Made by a program: the position numbers and the translations under genes. From Candidatus Poribacteria bacterium (GTDB taxonomy: Bacteria; Poribacteria; WGA-4E; PCPOR2b), in NCBI GenBank assembly GCA_965208325.1, contig OZ242326.1:3904001-3968000 (forward strand): a stretch of 64,000 nt of DNA, read 5' to 3'. Below the pieces are notes generated by a model. The model was not told where the DNA came from. It did not search any database and was given only the letters and a program-made list of their open reading frames with translations. This document shows, piece by piece, positions 61,070 to 64,000 of this stretch (its first letter is position 1; the number at the start of each line of letters is the position of its first letter).

Positions 61070-61780
61070 TCAATAGAGTCGAAACTCGACAGATGCGGCA
61101 ATGTTATCGTAGACCGGCACCAGTTCTTCATATCGACCGCCAGGGCACCAAAAGCTGATTTGGTAAACGTCAGATTCGCTGCTAACATTTCTGAAGAATG
61201 CCGTCCGCTTGATTCGACTGCCATCGACGAGTCTCATCTCAAAATAGTGTGCAGGTCTGCCGTCTTTAGAGAAGTGGCTTCCTTGCTGAGTCACTTCGAA
61301 ACTGTCCGGGGGCAAAACAAGCTCCAGCAGTTCTATCATGGTTTCAATGTACTTTCTCGGGGAGCTTATTTCTGAGATTTTTTGCTTTTCAATGAAAATG
61401 TAGATAAAAGGAATTTGTTTTTCAACTGCTTCTAAAATGGTACTCGCAAATTCCTGTCCTGTAGTTAACTGCAATAGCAGGAAGGAGTCGACTGCGTTAA
61501 ATTGGACTTGTCCACCAGCCGCCGCGATCCAAGCCACTTTCCAAATCTTATCAATCTCCCGCCTCGCTACATTGGATATTTCCAAGACAGTCCAATCATC
61601 AACAGGTAGGTTGGTCACTCTGAATACGTACCGTTGATGCTGATACGTATCACCGTGAAGCCCGTAGACCACGGCGGGCGGCTCTTTTTTAACTGGCGAA
61701 GGCGCAACTTCTTCGTCACGGCCGCACGCGGCAAAAAAGACAGTAGTTAGCAGACTCAACAGCTTCAAAAGCTTGTACAT
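61070..61780 (-). CDS. Lipoprotein of unknown function
   Basis: MYKLLK...FAA-C lipobox, GGAGG RBS. Confidence 0.8.
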   Translation of the reverse strand: MYKLLKLLSLLTTVFFAACGRDEEVAPSPVKKEPPAVVYGLHGDTYQHQRYVFRVTNLPVDDWTVLEISNVARREIDKIWKVAWIAAAGGQVQFNAVDSFLLLQLTTGQEFASTILEAVEKQIPFIYIFIEKQKISEISSPRKYIETMIELLELVLPPDSFEVTQQGSHFSKDGRPAHYFEMRLVDGSRIKRTAFFRNVSSESDVYQISFWCPGGRYEELVPVYDNIAASVEFRLY

Positions 61781-61827
61781 TTTCGATTCCTCCCGCGTCG
61801 AGCAAAAAAGCTTTTGCGATCATGAGC

Positions 61828-61856
61828 ATTCTAAGCCCATTTCAAATCTGGGTCAA
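61828..61856 (-). promoter_or_regulatory. sigma70-type promoter of the lipoprotein gene
   Basis: TTGACC-17 nt-TAGAAT. Confidence 0.6.
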
Positions 61857-61969
61857 CAGAAAACTAGCGCTGGCAAAGACTTGTGTCCCTTCTTTACAAA
61901 TAACATCCAGCTATGCTATTATTGCAAAATAAAAATATGGCGATGACTTTTCAGCACATGGACGGGAAA

Positions 61970-62800
61970 ATGTTACACCTCAACGATACATTACAAAAAA
62001 GCGATGGTGAAGCGGCCGCAGGGATATCGCTTCGACCGATGGGGTTCGCGGACATTCTGGATACAACGTTTAGCCTCTATCGGAACCGATTTCGACTGTT
62101 TTTATGCATATCTGCCGTGTATTTTTTTTCGCATATTGTCCTTTCTACTTTCACACATTGGATAATATCTTTCTGTGAACTGGTTCTACCGTTTTTGTGT
62201 TACGCTGCGCTTACGTTCGCTAGTGCGCAGGCATACCTGGGTAAACACATTACTGCCCGGGTTGCATTCAATCAAGTCAAATACCGGTTTTGGCGCTTCA
62301 TCGGCAGCAGTTTACTCTATTGGATCGTTGTTGTGTTTTTGAGTGTGTCCATCATCGGCATTCCGTTTGCCATTTACTTTTTGACGCGGTGGAGTTTTTA
62401 CATTCAAGCAGCTATGGTTGAAAAGCCCTCGGCGACGAACACGTTGAAGCGCAGCAGTGAACTGGTCAAAGGCGCATGGTGGCGTGTGTTTGGTATTATA
62501 CTCGCAATTTGGCTGATTTATTTCATGATTGACGTGATACTTATTACCTCTGCAACACTTATCTTCGCCTCGTCAGGGATTGCTAGCGAGGTTGACCTAT
62601 GGGAGATAATTCGACAGATGTTGTGGGAGCCCCATGTCCAACTTGAGGGAATCTTGCATTTATTGCATGCGATTCAAACCGCAATTAGCGCGCTTACGAT
62701 GCCGATTACGGCAATCGGTTTCACGCTGCTCTACTTTGACCTACGAATTCGGAAGGAAGGATTCGATATTGAGATAATGTTGGCAAGAGAGGAGATGTGA
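61970..62800 (+). CDS. Integral membrane protein (GDPD-membrane-domain-like), paralog 1
   Basis: LRPM...DILD..F.LYR, RS.ELVKG.WWRVFG and LLY.D.RIRKEGFD. Confidence 0.85.
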   Translation: MLHLNDTLQKSDGEAAAGISLRPMGFADILDTTFSLYRNRFRLFLCISAVYFFSHIVLSTFTHWIISFCELVLPFLCYAALTFASAQAYLGKHITARVAFNQVKYRFWRFIGSSLLYWIVVVFLSVSIIGIPFAIYFLTRWSFYIQAAMVEKPSATNTLKRSSELVKGAWWRVFGIILAIWLIYFMIDVILITSATLIFASSGIASEVDLWEIIRQMLWEPHVQLEGILHLLHAIQTAISALTMPITAIGFTLLYFDLRIRKEGFDIEIMLAREEM

Positions 62801-62885
62801 CACAATGACTCTTTTGGATTGACTCGCAGTGGCGCAATGCGATAGAATTACCGCCTTATAAACCTTACTGCTGCACGGAGGAAAA

Positions 62886-63818
62886 ATGTTAAATCCGAAC
62901 GATCCATCAAAAGCAAGCAACAGCGAAACCCCCGCAACAACGTCGTTACAACCGATGGGGTTCACGGATATTTTGGACTCAATCTTCAGTCTCTATCGCA
63001 ACAATTTTCAACTGTTTTTGCGCATCTGTGCTGTTTATTTCGTGTTCAACTGCGTGCTTAGCCTAATGGCAGGTATTGTTCCATTACTTTTGCTCAGTTC
63101 AAGCGAACCGAGCATGATGGAAGCGATATTGGGATTGGTATTCGCAATATTGGTGTTAGTAGTATTGGTATTAGGAATTTTGGCTTCTTTTGTAGTTACA
63201 CTATTTGCTGTTGGCGGACTTACCTTCGCCAGCGCTCAAACCTATTTGGGCAGACATATCAGCGCGCGCACGGCATTCAGGCAAGTCAAACGCCGTTTTT
63301 GGCCGTTCTTAGGCGGCAATTTACTCTGGCTGTTGGTTGTCGGTGCATTAGCGGTAACTATCATTGGAATCCCGTTCGCGATCTATTTTGGCACACGCTG
63401 GGTTTTCTGGAGCCTAGCTATTCTGGTTGAAGAACACTCGGTTACCAATGCGCTGAGACGCAGTGGTGAATTGGTCAAAGGCACGTGGTGGCGCGTGTTT
63501 GGAATTATGTTAGGGATTCTTCTGCTCGCTTTCATGATTCAATCCATACTTCAGTTCTCACTGTTGTTTGTGTTCGGTGTATCACAGTCCACGAGCGGTG
63601 AAGGTGATTTGTTGACGACATTAAAGCAGATGTTCCTTCCGGAACTCACCGCGTGGGCAGGCTTGGTAAGGTTCGCGGTTCAAAATGTCATTAACAATCT
63701 CGTCGCTAGCCTGATGCTTCCAGTTTATCTTATCGGTGCCGTGCTGCTCTACTATGACTCCCGCATTCGCAAAGAAGGGTTCGACATTGAGATGCGTGTG
63801 AGCAACGACGTGGTGTGA
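62886..63818 (+). CDS. Integral membrane protein (GDPD-membrane-domain-like), paralog 2
   Basis: Same motifs as 61970-62800. Confidence 0.88.
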   Translation: MLNPNDPSKASNSETPATTSLQPMGFTDILDSIFSLYRNNFQLFLRICAVYFVFNCVLSLMAGIVPLLLLSSSEPSMMEAILGLVFAILVLVVLVLGILASFVVTLFAVGGLTFASAQTYLGRHISARTAFRQVKRRFWPFLGGNLLWLLVVGALAVTIIGIPFAIYFGTRWVFWSLAILVEEHSVTNALRRSGELVKGTWWRVFGIMLGILLLAFMIQSILQFSLLFVFGVSQSTSGEGDLLTTLKQMFLPELTAWAGLVRFAVQNVINNLVASLMLPVYLIGAVLLYYDSRIRKEGFDIEMRVSNDVV

Positions 63819-63940
63819 CGGCCGGACGCTTAGAGGATGGAACATCTCGGCAACCCTGCGGCGAATCGGACGTGCTTCAGCATTTTTCGGATTTGGGCGA
63901 TTTTACTCAATCATGTCAACTTGAGACAGGCGAGATTCGC

Positions 63941-64000
63941 ATGAGGGAAATAGCGTTCATCTGTACGATACTCCTATCGGCGAGTTCCACAATGTTGTCC
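63941..64000 (+). CDS. Possible 5' end of an exported protein (partial)
   Basis: MREIAFICTILLSASSTMLS, signal-like and open to the window end. Confidence 0.45.
   Translation, partial: MREIAFICTILLSASSTMLS

Noticed and set aside
61852..61867. GTCAACAGAAAACTAG resembling the right end of the 7099-7303 MITE
   Set aside because: No matching left end nearby, and it is explained as the -35 box (TTGACC) of the lipoprotein promoter.
1..64000. Genome-wide UGA reassignment (code 4 or 25)
   Set aside because: Conserved genes such as rnpA, jag, sufS, pdxJ and rpoB end at TGA at their expected C-termini, and Trp and Gly use normal codons.

Overview
Bacterial chromosomal window (genetic code 11), mostly housekeeping genes. 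The C-terminal 'ALLANYPNPFNPETWMPYQLA...YWDGRN' module on the 5'-nucleotidase suggests Ca. Poribacteria or a relative (inference only). Gene order: hslU (partial)-hslV and a membrane protein; a promoter-flanked structured-RNA candidate (~1920-2060, - strand); a nucleotide-sugar epimerase; moaA; an extended SUF Fe-S operon (sufC-sufB-sufD-CGWS glutaredoxin-sufS-sufU-Rieske ferredoxin-sufT-DUF971) followed by a ThDP enzyme and a HAD hydrolase; a VWA protein; HNH-lipoprotein-rnpA-yidD-yidC-jag-mnmE without rpmH; rluB, HAD, pdxJ, thrC, ispG; an ECF sigma/anti-sigma/TPR/lectin-like cluster; a stand-alone rpoBC with its own perfect sigma70 promoter; a YtrA-regulated ABC operon; and a more plastic right end with two pseudogenes. 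Main findings: (1) two exported proteins that the ORF track splits at an in-frame UGA in a UxxC motif, each followed by a SECIS-like hairpin, so very likely selenoproteins; (2) an unusual RNA polymerase with D516Q and S522D (E. coli numbering) in the rifampicin pocket of beta, plus a 4-Cys insertion and an NRAP>NRPP change in beta'; (3) an orphan structured RNA with its own promoter; (4) a CTAG-flanked MITE carrying a REP-like doublet, heptamer arrays and a phased 10-bp repeat array inside the suf operon. No rRNA, tRNA, CRISPR array or intact transposase was recognised.
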